A DNA stretch of 59,661 nt, counting the filler, from Asterionella formosa (Eukaryota): the NCBI GenBank assembly GCA_002256025.1. It is 7 parts of 7 records of this genome, joined end to end, with 100 filler letters (N's around TTAATTAATTAA, not from the genome) between each part and the next. Parts side by side here need not be neighbours in the genome. Positions count along the whole stretch, not along the records: positions 1 to 8,444 come from NKIB01012186.1; positions 8,545 to 16,986 come from NKIB01012187.1; 5 more parts are not named here. One strand, given 5' to 3'. This document shows positions 1 through 12,173 of this stretch, in pieces. A program made the translations under genes and the position numbers. The notes beneath the pieces are model-generated. The model was given only the letters and a program-made list of their open reading frames with translations. It was not told the origin of the DNA and did not search any database. Positions within the stretch are counted from its first letter, which is position 1; every line of letters starts with the position of its first letter.

Positions 1-274
1 CATTCTCGTGTGTTTTACGCTTGTTGTACCATCTCTATGCATATTACCGTTATTTTGGTTGTCATGCTAAAATCGGCAATTTTATTCCCGAAAAATTCGA
101 TGTGCTGTGCCCCATATTGCCCTTAAAAAAATTACTTAAGAAATTACTTAGAGCCTAAAAATTACTTAGAAGTACCCGAATGGCAAGACGATAGCTGGAG
201 CGGGAATTGCTGTCTCAGCGTCCCCCCCCCCCTACTACGGAACATCGCTCAGCACAAATCAAATTTACTTAACG

Positions 275-375
275 GTATGTATGTATTTATTTATGTATGT
301 ATGTATCTATGTATGTATGTATGTATGTATGTGTGTGTATGTATGTATGTATGTATGTATGTATGTATGTATGTA
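275..375. repeat. (TATG)n microsatellite
   Basis: About 100 nt of near-perfect TATG tandem units, read directly. Confidence 0.95.
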
Positions 376-1471
376 GCTATGTGAAACATATGTAATATTC
401 CGGTATACACATTTGTACAATTTAAAGTGGTAAACCAATAGTCCTACCTATGGATAGGAAACGATGCATGCATATACCGGTAGTACTGGTACCAGGTACC
501 TGGTACTTACCATAGGCAGAGCTGTGCAACCCAACATGTGATGGATGTGGTGCACACCTTGTATGTGAATTACGTACACGTAGATGTAGACATTTACTAC
601 CAATACTACCGGTGGTACGAGTTTTGTATTATGATGTCGATGCATGTCGATAACTTCTTATGTAGAATCAGATACATTCTTATGCATCTGATTTTATGTC
701 GATTTGGACATTCAGTGCATATTATCGATGATAATACAAAAATTGTAAAATGATTCTCGATATTCCATTAGTAACCAAAAATAGTCATTCAAAATTTAAT
801 TTGGAAAATATTCTCGATTTGCTTCTTATTTAGTCAAAAAGTTATAATCACTAATTCCCAAAAAGGGCGATTGTGCATTTAAAAACACTTTTGTGCAAGG
901 ATGGTATTTTCTCGCAGCATCTTAAGCACACACGGAAATTTCCGACTCTCATTTGAGGGAGTGTTACCACCTTTTTCCACTTAGACGTGCACCCAAAGTC
1001 ACCACGTATATTGTGTTGATATAGGGGGAGTTTTGATACTTCTAAACTTGGGCTTAGTTTGCCAGGAAGCGCAACGCATGTCTACCAACTATAGAGTGGT
1101 CTTAAAGCACTTAAGAAATTCAGTTCATAATGTATGATACTAGCCACTGAATCCATACTTTGAGTTGGTGAAAACAAATCAGGTACGGGAGCACTGTCAC
1201 TTTTTTGCTTCTATCATTGCATCAAACAACCAAAGTTGCCAGATTGCATATTGATTTTTCGTGTCTGTCCTTTCTCGGCCATGTGTTGCGGCCAGCAAAT
1301 GTTGTGGCTCTCGGATTGGACGTCTGTGAATAGATTTTCCATTAGATCTAACGTTTTTCTCAGCATACGTTAAAAATCTGATTGATTATTCAAATATTTT
1401 GACATGTTGATGATAATTTTGATTTATCAACAGCAGTCAGGAAGTTCCAGTCGTTGGCAACAATTTTCTAG

Positions 1472-2216
1472 TCATATGTAGTCATCAACTGGATCATTAC
1501 CCAAGTGGGACTTTCCAGTTTCGACCAAAGTTTCAAATGTAGACTTAGAGGATTTGCATGGGGAATGAACAGAAGTGAAGGAGATAGTTTTAGCCATAGA
1601 AATATCAGGAGGAGCAGCATGGACAGGCGGAAAGCGCCATGGTAAGCCAAGGGTGATTGAAGCAGTAGCAGTACCGTGGGAACGGCTGTAGGCTGGGTAC
1701 CAGATTAATATAATTATTAGTGGAAAAGAACCCGGAAAGTTCAATGTTGCATTGTTCAAAAAGTTTCCATGCATAAAATGTAAACAAAAGATTCCAATCA
1801 GCAACTGCATTTAAAAAGACGTTTTGGGGCTATTTAGATTTTCGCTATTTGCTATCTCAAGCAAAATGCAGATGCATGAGGACCGGTTTTTCTTTGCACC
1901 ATCACCATCATTACCTAGACCCATTCTAGAGGTATCAATTGTTCGCAAACTGGCTAATCCAAGTACTGCCGGTCTTGCAACTGTATTTAGCCTTTGAATG
2001 ATAGCAAAAGGTGCTTCAGCTCCATTTAATTTGCCTAATGGTCCTTCCCACTCACTTAAAACACCATTTTGCCATTGCAGGTCTAAGCCATCAATATCAA
2101 GTAACATGTTATGAAATGCAGAACATGTCAGCCAGACCTTGTCAGGTTCTGTTACTCCATGTATTCGGATGCCCGATTTCAAAATCCGCCAGCGTCCCTT
2201 GAGTATTCCAAAGGTA
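1472..2216 (-). pseudogene. 3' remnant of a PIF/Harbinger DDE transposase
   Basis: ORF 1811..2239 contains CTFGILKGRWRILK...CSAFHNML, the C-terminal DDE_Tnp_4 signature. The upstream part is replaced at 2217 by another element. The lower boundary is approximate. Confidence 0.75.
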
Positions 2217-3911
2217 CATCTGTAAATAAAAACTATCATGAATTTAGGATCAAGGGTATTGTATACTAGCTAAGTGGCACAGGAATTTTGCATATATGAT
2301 AGTTTTTCGATCAAAAATATGATCAATGTATCATATAATTATGATCATGCAGTAAACTTTTACTGAGCTTGAAGTATGTGCTCCACCCATTGACTTCTTC
2401 ATTGATGAAGTCGAGGTAGCTATATTTTGTCAGGTGGCGCAGGCTTGTGTATAGATTGATGATTTCGAAATCATTGCTTCCTTTTCCGGTAGGTACCTAT
2501 TTGTCAACATTGTTTGGGTCAATCCATTCTTGTTTCCGCAAGACCAGAAGCAATTATCCCTTTACTTCTCCTCCCAAGAACCTTCATTTCTCTTTCACAA
2601 TTGTCCTGATGTTTGCAGAGCATTTTTAGTTTGATTTTTCCACTGGCTTCGATCCCTTTTGCATTCAAGTCAAGAAACAAGCAACTCATTGAGATTTCTG
2701 GAGGTTTTGGTCCTCAGTGTCACCATAAAGCAACAATCAACAGATCATGGCGGCTCCTGTTCTCCATTTTCTGTAGTAAGTGACATTCAAGAAGGGTCTG
2801 GGATCATTGGGGAGAAAAATTAGTAGGATTATCTGTGTTTGCCCCCACCCGTTTGGCAGCCATTCTACCATTGCTTCCTCTCACCAATCAATACTAGCTA
2901 ATATAGCTAATGAAAACCGTAATTAGATGAAATGTGACTTCCGTTTTCTAATATGTTACATTGTTGCACTACTGAAACTTGAATCCATACATGGTCATTC
3001 AACTTGTGCTTCTTGCATTTTTGCAGTATAGACTGTCTGGTGTTCGATAGGCCAAAGTGTCTCGCTTTTCATGAACATCTACAACGTACTAGTGCTTTTT
3101 TCGAGGATTATGTCTAAATCCAACTGCTGCCATCCATTGAACCATTTCAGAAACATCAAAGAATACGCTCCTGTCATCAAAGGAAAGGAACTAGTACAAT
3201 GACAAAGAAAATCTAATGAGACATGAAAATTACGAAACCAGAATCACTCTGTTACTATAAATAGACAGTCCTCTCATGCTTCTTTGTGCACATCGCCTGC
3301 TATGCTGCGTTTCAATTCTAGATGTACTACATTCTTGTTAGAGAGACGAAATTACTAAAGAGAAGTAGATTGTGCTGTTCTATAATGGATGTTGTTTAGC
3401 TATGATTGAGGTTGTAATTCTGATTGATGCTGCTCTGGTGACAGACCGGCCGGAATTATTCGTCATGTGTGATGAGCCATTTCGTTTTCATTGGATTTCT
3501 TTTCAAGCTCTTAACGGATTGCATACGAACATAATGTACAATGCAGATGATGATTCATTAAAGACAAATGATGACTTGAACGACAAATGAAGATTTTATC
3601 ACAAATACTCGTTCCTCTCGACATGACTGCTTTGTTGTTGTTGCTGCAAGAATCAGAGTGAGGACTGGCGAGGAAGATGAGCCAAACCACATTGCTTACT
3701 TCAACTGGTACATTATCCTACCAAGAAATTTAAATAAAGGAACCTAAAAGAAGCATTACATTAAAAATTAATTTTCCATAGTGAAAAGGGTTACTATTTA
3801 AATTACGAGGGCATTTATTAAACTTATTAGATGATATAACGAAAATTTTTGATCAGATGATCATAATCCTATGATGCATCATAGGAATATGATGGCTTTT
3901 ATTTGCAGACG
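2217..3911. mobile_element. Non-autonomous TIR element with C(A/G)TCTG(C/T)AAATAAAA termini
   Basis: Left end CATCTGTAAATAAAAA at 2217. Right end TTTTATTTGCAGACG at 3897-3911. The first ~160 nt recur as reverse complements at 7205-7364 and 43200-43359. No long ORF and no TSD seen. Confidence 0.65.
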
Positions 3912-6300
3912 TTTCCAACTCTACCACCATTACTATGTCGCCTTCCGACCCTCATCTCACTGACTCGCACTTTCTTGTTCCTTTGACTTTGTCCATTGAC
4001 TTATCATTGAACCCTTCTACCCCTTTTGCTACTAGTCCTATGAATCCGTCTGATTGTATGTGCTTCATCTGTGTGTGACATAGAAGCTTTCCTTAATTTA
4101 TGTGTCACAGACGAAACAAACCAAAACCTTACAGAGGCTGAAAAGGAATATCTTCACTGACACTTCCGTCTTGGCCACCTCTACTCAGACAACCATTCGA
4201 TTTCTTCTACATCAGCCATCATTTGGTACATCCCAAAAAATTCGAGCGGCTTTGCGCTGCATTCTTACAAAATGCGCTGCCTGTAAATACGGGAAGGCGC
4301 ACCGCAAACCCTTACAGGCATCCACGTCCACCCCGACACCGAAAAAAGAAGGGGGAGTGAAATCAAATTACCTTTATCTCGGCTCCGGTGTTTCTGTTGA
4401 CCATTTTGTTTCTAAGGTCCCTGGTCGTCTGTACACTTCTAGAGGAAAGACTTCACCAACCGATATGTACAAAGGGGGATGCATACTTACTGATCACTCA
4501 TCTGGCCTACTTTTCATTCAGCATCAAGTTGGAATTACTGTCCTATAAACTCTGCAAGCTAAAATGGCTTTTGAAAATTGGAGCTATAATTCTGGAGTTT
4601 TGATTGGTAAATAAACAACTGACAATGGCAGCTTTGGAGCCAGTGGATTTGTCGATGTCATTCAAACCAAAGGGCAAATTATAAATTTTGTGGTGTTGGA
4701 GCTCACCGTCAAAATGGTGTTGCAGAACGCAGTATTCGCACTGTTTCCAGCATGGCCCATGTCATGATGCTACATGCTTCCATTCGTTGGCCTTCTACAG
4801 CTGACCCTGCTCTCTGGCCTATGGTGGCGGACTATGCAGTACATTTGTACAACCATGTGCCCAGTTCCAAGACTGGACAATCTCCCACGGAGTTCATGTC
4901 CTTGACCCTAAATTACAAAATGGACAAAAGCTTCCACGCTGGCATCCTTGCTCCCGCCGCGCCATCTTTGTTGGCATCTCCCATGTTCATAGTACCAATG
5001 TTCCCTTGGTACTTAATCTGTCAACAGGTCATATTTCTCCGCAATTTCACGTCGTCTTTGATGATCTTTTCTCGACCGTTTCCTCGCTAAATATTTCCAA
5101 CGACCCTCTGGAAAATTGGGAAACTATCTTTCACGAGTCCCGGTCTGAGACCGAATTTGACAAACACACAAACTTCACACTTGCTGATGAGTGGCTAGAA
5201 CCAGATGACGTTTACCGTCGCCGGCTCCTACTAAAGGAATCTAAGATCTTTCCCCGTTTGAACCTACCTCCTGATGAACTACCAAATCAGAGAGAGTTTG
5301 AATTTGTTTCTCTTCCTTTTGAACCTCCTCCTGTTCCCATCATAATTCCAGCTATGCCGCCACCACCAGCATCCATTCCTAGCATTTTTCCACCAGAAAA
5401 GCCTCCATCTCCTGAAATTGCAATTTTCCCTCCAAACATCCCTTCTCCCCGCCGCAGTACTCGTTCTACACGCGGAATCAGGCCCACTCGTTTTGTACCA
5501 GGAGGATAGCTACCTTTCGAATGCATTCTTTGCTGGCCTTGCTGAACGTTCTGAAGTCAGTGCGTCTGATTCTGCAATGACCTATATGTGCGATGTGATG
5601 ACCGACCCTATCACTGGACTTCTTGAGTGTTTTTGATCCTCTTTTCTACGCCGCCATGGCACGCAAAATGGACTCACGAGGCTATGTCTGGGCCTGATTC
5701 CAAATTGTTTCGTGAAACTATGGTCACTGAAGTCACTGCTTTAACCAAAAAGAATACTTGGACGCTTGTGCCCTGTTCATTGGCTATAAATCACCTTGCT
5801 CTACCAGGCACATGGGACTTCAAGCGCAAGCTCTTTCCAGATGCTGGTCGTGTTTGCAAATGCAAAGCACGGTTTTGTGTACATCTACAGAAGGAAGGCA
5901 TTGACTATTTTGAAACCTATGGCCCTGTTGTCCAGTGGTCTTGTACTGTCCATGCGCTTTTGTTCATGTCCATGGTTCTGGGCCTTGAGACACAACAAAT
6001 TGATTTTCGAATGCATTTTGTCAGGCCGACGTTACAGAAAAACTCTATGTTGAGACGCCCAAAGACTGTGGTGACCTTCAAGTTTGTGACATGGTCATGA
6101 AGCTAAATAAATCTCTCAATGGTATAAAACAGGCCCCGCCTACCTGGTTTCTTAAACTTAAAGAGTGTCTTGAACATCGCGGGCTCCGCCAATCTGAGCT
6201 TGACCCCTGCTGTTTTTTAATCCATGCTGATATGGTATACCTTAACTATGTCGATGACTTCATTCTCATCGGTCGGGACAAGTCACTTATTGATTCTGCA
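3912..6300 (+). mobile_element. Degenerate Ty1/Copia (CoDi-type) pol fragment: GAG-pre-integrase, integrase, partial RT
   Basis: CAACKYGK Zn-finger, VSVDHF integrase motif, QNGVAER, ISPQFHVVFDD, RT motifs GIDYFETYGPVVQW, KSLNGIKQAP and YVDD (~6247-6258). Many frameshifts and stops; the protease region is missing relative to the related copy at 55560-58022. Confidence 0.92.
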
Positions 6301-7364
6301 TCCACTTCCTCAATGAAGGATCTCAAGCAGCACATGATGCGAAAAACTGAAGTGACAATACAGCACGATAAGAATGAGTGAATATGATGGAGAAGGGCGG
6401 AATCAACAAGCTGTGCATATTATCACGGTTTGTCAAGAGCAAATGCCAATATGATCAATTGCTGGGATTAAAAATACGGAAGAATGACTCGTCCCGCCCC
6501 TTTCAGTGATTCAATAGCTCCTTTTCGATTTGGTGGCTGGTCAACCGTCAATGTGGACAAAAGAAATCGGTAAGTGCTGCCTATCAGCCATCATCTTTGG
6601 ATCAATCCACAACTGTTAGAAAAACTGACACATATGTGTTGCTTCTTTGAGGATAATGGTAGACAAACAGCAGTGTTGGAGCCCATTTATTGATCGATAC
6701 TTTGCTTCTCATTCAATCTTCAACTAACACATTCTTCTACAAAAATATGCATCAGTTACTTCCTCAATTTGTGGTAAGTGAAGCAAGATAGAAGCGAAAT
6801 GCTTCTCTTTGTTAGTATGGCTGATTGGAACAACGAAACGGATTCAATAGTAGTAGGAAAATGCGTGAATGCAAACTCAGATCCGTCAGGAGTAAATGGA
6901 ACAAAGCAAGCAGGGGAACAACGGCAAGGCAACCAGTAAAACAACCTTCAGAATTGGATTAGGGGGAAGGTGGAAGTGAAATCGGCACCAACAATCATTG
7001 CAATGAGAGCATTGTAGAACATTCTGTAGCCACTTAAGATATAGAATATAGTTCTAAATTTCGATCAATTTCATCGTATTTTAGACAGTGATATTGATGA
7101 GAATTACGATCGTGCTAAGATAGATGTATGACAAAAGTATACAAATCATATGACCATGTTTAACTAATTATATGATGCAATGGTATTATAACTATGATAG
7201 TCTCATCATACTTCAAGCTCGGTAAAAGTTTACTTCATGATCATAATTACATGATACATTGATCATACTTTTGATCGAAAAACTATCATATACGTGAAAA
7301 TCCTGTGCCACTTAGCGTACGATTCCCTTGATCATATTTTCATGATTTTTTTTATTTACAGACT
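6301..7364 (-). mobile_element. Second, truncated copy of the C(A/G)TCTG-terminus element
   Basis: 7205-7364 is the reverse complement of 2217-~2378 at high identity. Internal 6747-6790 (ATGCATCAGTT...TTTGTGGTAAGTGAAGCAAGA) recurs at ~45459-45498. The inner boundary is approximate. Confidence 0.6.
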
Positions 7365-7888
7365 CATAATCACTCTTTTTAACATACCCCTTACAAACTT
7401 CTATTGAGCTTGTCAGGTTCGTTAATTGACTCACCCTACTCTTCTCCTCCTCCTCCTCCTCCTTTGTCCTCGTCGTCGTTCGCTATCCTATCCTCTTTCA
7501 CAACAACATGGACTTTGGTTGATTGCTGTGACAAGTGATCGTCGCTTCATACAAATGATCACAACCAAAGCTAGCAATGAGAAAGGTGAGCTGTGGCAAA
7601 CTGCAGACCGATCATATGGTCCCAGGTCCCACATGTACCGCTATTGGTTCTAGTGTACCACAAATGAAACGCGTCTGAGAGTGACCATCATGTTGTCAGG
7701 TACCTGGTACCCTGTATAATATCGGTAGTAATATCCAAATGTATCCATAATATCCATCCAACGCGCACGTATCTACCAGTACCAGTTTATCATTTTATAC
7801 AGACACTGTATATCATGTTCATCTATTGGTACCTGGTACCTGGTACTAAATGGTACTCCTACTTTCTCATTTCACACATCAGGTGATG

Positions 7889-8267
7889 TGTTGAAAGGTC
7901 TCGTACTCCTTCCCGTCTGACGGGTTCCTCTTACGTAGAACTTACCTGCTATACCACTAGTATTGTTATCTTCTTTCTGCTGCTAGCCTTCGTGCTAGTT
8001 TTCGCTATTGACCTTACTCTGTCAATTCTCACTGTTTCTTAATTATAAGATTAATCTAAAACTAAGTTTCAATCCCATTCAGCACACTTCGAGAACCTGT
8101 TCTTCGTGTTCCCTTTTCGTTGATGTAAACCTTCTTCTGATTGATCTAAGACATCAATCTCATTAGCAAGCTTCTTGACATGGGAACGCACCATTTGACT
8201 CATTGGACTATAGTTGAGTTCACAGTCCTTGTGACTCATTATAGCCATTGATGCTATATTCTTGACA
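7889..8267 (-). mobile_element. 3' LTR of a Copia retrotransposon
   Basis: On the minus strand it begins TGTCAAG directly after a polypurine tract (CGAGGAGGA, 8268-8276) and ends ...TTTCAACA, giving TG...CA ends. It lies just downstream of an RNase H fragment. Confidence 0.7.
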
Positions 8268-8444
8268 TCCTCCTCGTTACCATGTTCAAGAAGTTCTAAA
8301 ATTGTATCACTCAGTACAGGTCCAGATAACCTTGTAAAATCTGCTCTTTGACATTCTTCGTCAAAATGTCTGCTGGATTGTTTTCTGATCTTAGAAAAAC
8401 AATATGCAACTCCCCCTCATCTATCATGTTCTTGTCATGATGAA
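8268..8444 (-). pseudogene. Copia RNase H C-terminus plus PPT
   Basis: Hand translation of the minus strand gives KNMIDEGELHIVFLRSENNPADILTKNV, matching the Copia RNase H ADxxTK motif. Confidence 0.8.
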
Positions 8445-8544
8445 NNNNNNNNNNNNNNNNNNNNNNNNNNNNNNNNNNNNNNNNNNNNTTAATTAATTAA
8501 NNNNNNNNNNNNNNNNNNNNNNNNNNNNNNNNNNNNNNNNNNNN
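8445..8544. other. Artificial scaffold linker (also 16987-17086, 25527-25626, 34065-34164, 42600-42699, 51134-51233)
   Basis: 100 nt of N with a central TTAATTAATTAA (stops in all six frames), identical at six places. Confidence 0.97.
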
Positions 8545-8724
8545 GGTACTTATTTCCAAATATATTGCATTTTATTTTCCTTTCTCATATTTATTTTATC
8601 ATGAACAACATCTCATTCATGATTGCCCTGTCAAAGTCTCTGTACTAACTTAAGGCCCCTTCTTGTCTTCTTCAAGAAATGCATGAACGGCTACTAGTCA
8701 TCACTTATATATATATAATCCATC

Positions 8725-9789
8725 ATGGACAGTAGAGACCAACGGCACAATAACGAATCTATTACGTCCTCTCGCCCCACGCCAGTGTCAACGGTATCGG
8801 GTGATGAAGTTCAAGTCCTCCTGGCCAAGCTTCAGAGAGCCTCGCCCTACCTTCCAAATAATATTCCTTACTACGATCTTTCCTCTGTTCCAAAAAATGA
8901 CAATCGCAACAAGCCACCTAAACATTTACTCCAACTTGAATCCATGCTGAATCATTTGAACGCACATGGTCTACTCAATAACGACACAACCTACATTGAA
9001 TTTGGATGTGGGACTGCCAAATTATCAGATTGTATCAGCGAGCGATTGCAGGGAAAGGCATCTCATGTGTTAATTGATCGAAAGTCGTTTTCAGCGGAAC
9101 GAATGAGAGATGGAGCCATAATGGCACGATGCGCCTTGTCGACGAATCACCACCAACAGTATCAGCATTGCACAAACAAAAATACACTTAAGCGCCTTAC
9201 TATGGATATTGCAGATTTCGACCTTGATTCTTTGGAATACTGTTTGCCACTTAATACTGTTGGTGTTTCGAAACATTTATGTGGACCCGCGGCAGATGCT
9301 ACTATTCGTTGTGTTTCTACTAGAAATATTCCACTTTTGGTGGCGACGTGCTGTCACTATTTATGCCAATTAGACACCTTTTGCAACACAGATTTTGTTG
9401 TCCGTGAGCTTGGTTTTACAGAGCGAGAATTCGAGATATTGAGTATTATTTCGGGGTGGGCGTCCATCAAGGTGAATCAATCGTCGTTAATACCTCCACC
9501 AACACATGAAGAACCTTTTCCTCCACCATTACCAATCGAACCACTGTCACAAAAAATTACATATACCTCAACCATTTCTTCCGACGAATTTGAACGAACC
9601 TACAGCCGTGAAGAGAAGCAACGACTAGGGAAGCGATGCAAAGTTGTTCTTGACACGGGGCGAGCACATTATTTAGTGTCCATGGGGTATTCGGTGCAAC
9701 TGGTGCAGTATACATCCTTGTCGATGGAGAATCATTTATTGATTGCAACCCCGTGCACACTACCAGAACCCAATAAGGATTTGGAATGA
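8725..9789 (+). CDS. TRM13: tRNA:m(4)X 2'-O-methyltransferase, TRM13 family
   Basis: Motifs YIEFGCGTAKLS, LIDR, DIADFDL, VSKHLCG, ATCCHY, LGKRCKVVLDTGR, SMENHLLIA. Confidence 0.88.
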   Translation: MDSRDQRHNNESITSSRPTPVSTVSGDEVQVLLAKLQRASPYLPNNIPYYDLSSVPKNDNRNKPPKHLLQLESMLNHLNAHGLLNNDTTYIEFGCGTAKLSDCISERLQGKASHVLIDRKSFSAERMRDGAIMARCALSTNHHQQYQHCTNKNTLKRLTMDIADFDLDSLEYCLPLNTVGVSKHLCGPAADATIRCVSTRNIPLLVATCCHYLCQLDTFCNTDFVVRELGFTEREFEILSIISGWASIKVNQSSLIPPPTHEEPFPPPLPIEPLSQKITYTSTISSDEFERTYSREEKQRLGKRCKVVLDTGRAHYLVSMGYSVQLVQYTSLSMENHLLIATPCTLPEPNKDLE

Positions 9790-9825
9790 ACACAATCTGT
9801 GGATTAAAGGTCTTTGCTATAAAAT

Positions 9826-12173
9826 CTATTTACTAACTTCCTTAAAAGGCTTCTTGTTGGCACGATTCGGTTTGTCTTGAATTGAATTCCTTGACCAAGC
9901 AGGAGGTATATCCTCCACGCTGATTCTGCTCTGAAAGGACATTTTGACCTTGAAGATTTCACTCAGCCTCTCCTTTGAAAGGTGCCCTTGTTGAAGTCTT
10001 GTCAACACTTCTTGATTCACCAACCCACCTTTTTGACATTCTTCAAAGGCCAAGACGACAAACTTTTCATACAAGTCTGTTGACGGGGGCAACAAGTTAT
10101 TACATGCTTTGATCCAAAAGCCATAAGTGAAGCTATCAGCATCGATATAGCCGACGCCTCTCATTTCATGGTATGTCTTGGCGGCCACTTGAAAGGCCGA
10201 AATCTTGTCTTCCTTGGTCCCCACCGTGTTGGCAGCACAGTTCAACACATAATTGTACGTATATGCGTTTGGTTTTAGAGATTCATCCTTGGTCTTTTTA
10301 TAAAGTTCGTTAAGTTGAATCAACAGATCACGAGCCCTTTTGGCGTTGCCATTTTGAGGGCATCGTGCCAAGGCTAGAATTGCCATTGTATATGTTCTCG
10401 CATTGGGCATGAGGTTAGGATCGTTCGTTGTTTCGTGCTTCTTCTGAAGTTCTTGCAACAACTCCAAGACTACGGCAGCTGCATCTGGTTCTGTCGACTT
10501 GCTATAGCATTCCATGACGGAGGTATACGAAACAACATCTGGCTGTATTGTGGTTGACTTTCGCATGCGGTCCAGCAAGGCGAAGGCTTTTTGTCCTGCA
10601 AATCGATTCTTGGACTTGGAATATGCGTTGAGGACGATATTAAAATTGCGACTTGTGAGTTGAGCGCTATCATCTCTGGTGGAAGCGAGACGTTCCATTT
10701 TAAATAGAATCCTTTCTGCGTTCTCGACCAATTCAGGGTGACCACTCTTGACCCAAGCCTAATGAAAGACCACGAAATATTAATTGCTTGTTGGCAAGAA
10801 GGACACAACAACACGATGCACGAGCCACGTACCTTCATTAATGTATTGTATGTAAAAATATCCGGCTGTATTTCTGGCTCTTCCAAAGCATGGACTTCCA
10901 TGTACTGCACAAGTGCCTGTCCACGTTCCAATGCCACTTTGCTGTTTGACGAAAGATAGTGAGCGTGAATGACAGCGTTGTACGTCAGTACATTCGGCAC
11001 CAACTTGGTACACTTGCGACTCGTCTCTTCCAACAAGTGTAAAATGAGTTCGCCTGTATCTGGCCGCTGTGCTTTACCCCAAGAGGTGATGACGGAATTG
11101 AATGCAATGAGTTCTGGTTCTTGGCCGGCCGGGAAAATTCCCCTGTGGAACATGTCTAGCATTTCATTGAGCAAGTCGTTGGCTCGTTGCGCGCCACCCG
11201 GGGACTTACTCCAAGACAAAATTATATTAGTATAACAGTCCATGGATACATGTCCCAACTTTTGTCGTTTCTCAAAAATTGCGTTTGCCTTTTCTGGTGC
11301 ATCCTTGCTCTTACTCCAAGCTTCCAATACATAGTCGTATGCTTGTTGACGAATGACAGGATCATCAGTTAGCTCTTCCAATTGTATGAGATATTCCTCC
11401 GCTTTCTTTGCACAGTCGCCCATTTCTTTATTAGCTTGTTGCCATGCCCACGCATGTATAATTAGTAGCAAAGATTCAGTAGTATGTTCCATCCGTTGCA
11501 AGAGTTCCTCCGCTCGCATGGCATAGTTCCGTTCTCCTCTGGGCGTTGCGCACACGGCGTAGGCTTGTAACACTAACCTCATGGTTTCTTCCGATATAGT
11601 TTCCGTTACTTCTATTATTTGTTCAAGCTCCAGCAATAACAACTCCAATTGATCCGCAGCACAGGTAAATGTCTCCGTTTGTCCCAACTTCCACCTCACA
11701 CGACCTCGTTGTAAAAACGCTCTCATGACAATCTGAAAGGATTCTTCTGACCAACATCCGATTCGTACCATGTGATGTAGCATTTTATAAGACTTTTCTG
11801 CGCCATCGACGTCGTAGGGCAAGATGATTGGCCTTTGGTGTCGATCTAGGTTGTTGACAAAGTACTCGGAGCACACATGATCTCGTGGTGTCAGAACTTT
11901 TCTGAGATCTACATGGAAGCGCTCGAGCAGATTGTTGTCGTTGTTGTTGTCGTTGTTGTTGTTGGAGATGAAGAGTGGATTGGTTCGTATTGCTTTGGAT
12001 GTTAGTACCGGCAGTAGTATTCGAGCGTACGGGAGAAGGAACGCATGGATGCCTGAACTGCAGAGCAACAACAACACGGCAAGAAGGTGAAGTGCAGCTC
12101 GCTTGGAAACTGGAGCGACGCTCCGCCGCGATATTATGTGCCGTCGTTCTGGCGGGCTGCTCACATCACTCAT
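9826..12173 (-). CDS. Pentatricopeptide-repeat protein, probably plastid-targeted; exons 12173-10833 and 10758-9826
   Basis: Repeated PPR units (PELIAFNSVITSW, PNVLTYNAVIHA, PDIFTYNTLMK, PDVVSYTSVMECY). A GT-AG intron at 10832-10759 joins the two ORFs in frame (2274 nt). The hydrophobic leader ending IHA/FLLP resembles the diatom ASAFAP motif. The start codon is inferred. Confidence 0.88.

Noticed and set aside
840..1470. Possible Cys-rich C-terminus of a piggyBac-like transposase on the minus strand
   Set aside because: Too degenerate to reconstruct a convincing motif by eye.
2217..7364. Single 5.1-kb element with ~160-bp TIRs enclosing the Copia fragment
   Set aside because: A matching short terminus already exists at 3911, the same end occurs alone at 43359, and no TSD flanks 2217/7364. 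Two oppositely oriented copies is the simpler reading, though the single element is not fully excluded.
8489..8500. TTAATTAATTAA recurring about every 8.54 kb as a periodic signal
   Set aside because: It is an assembly linker embedded in N runs.
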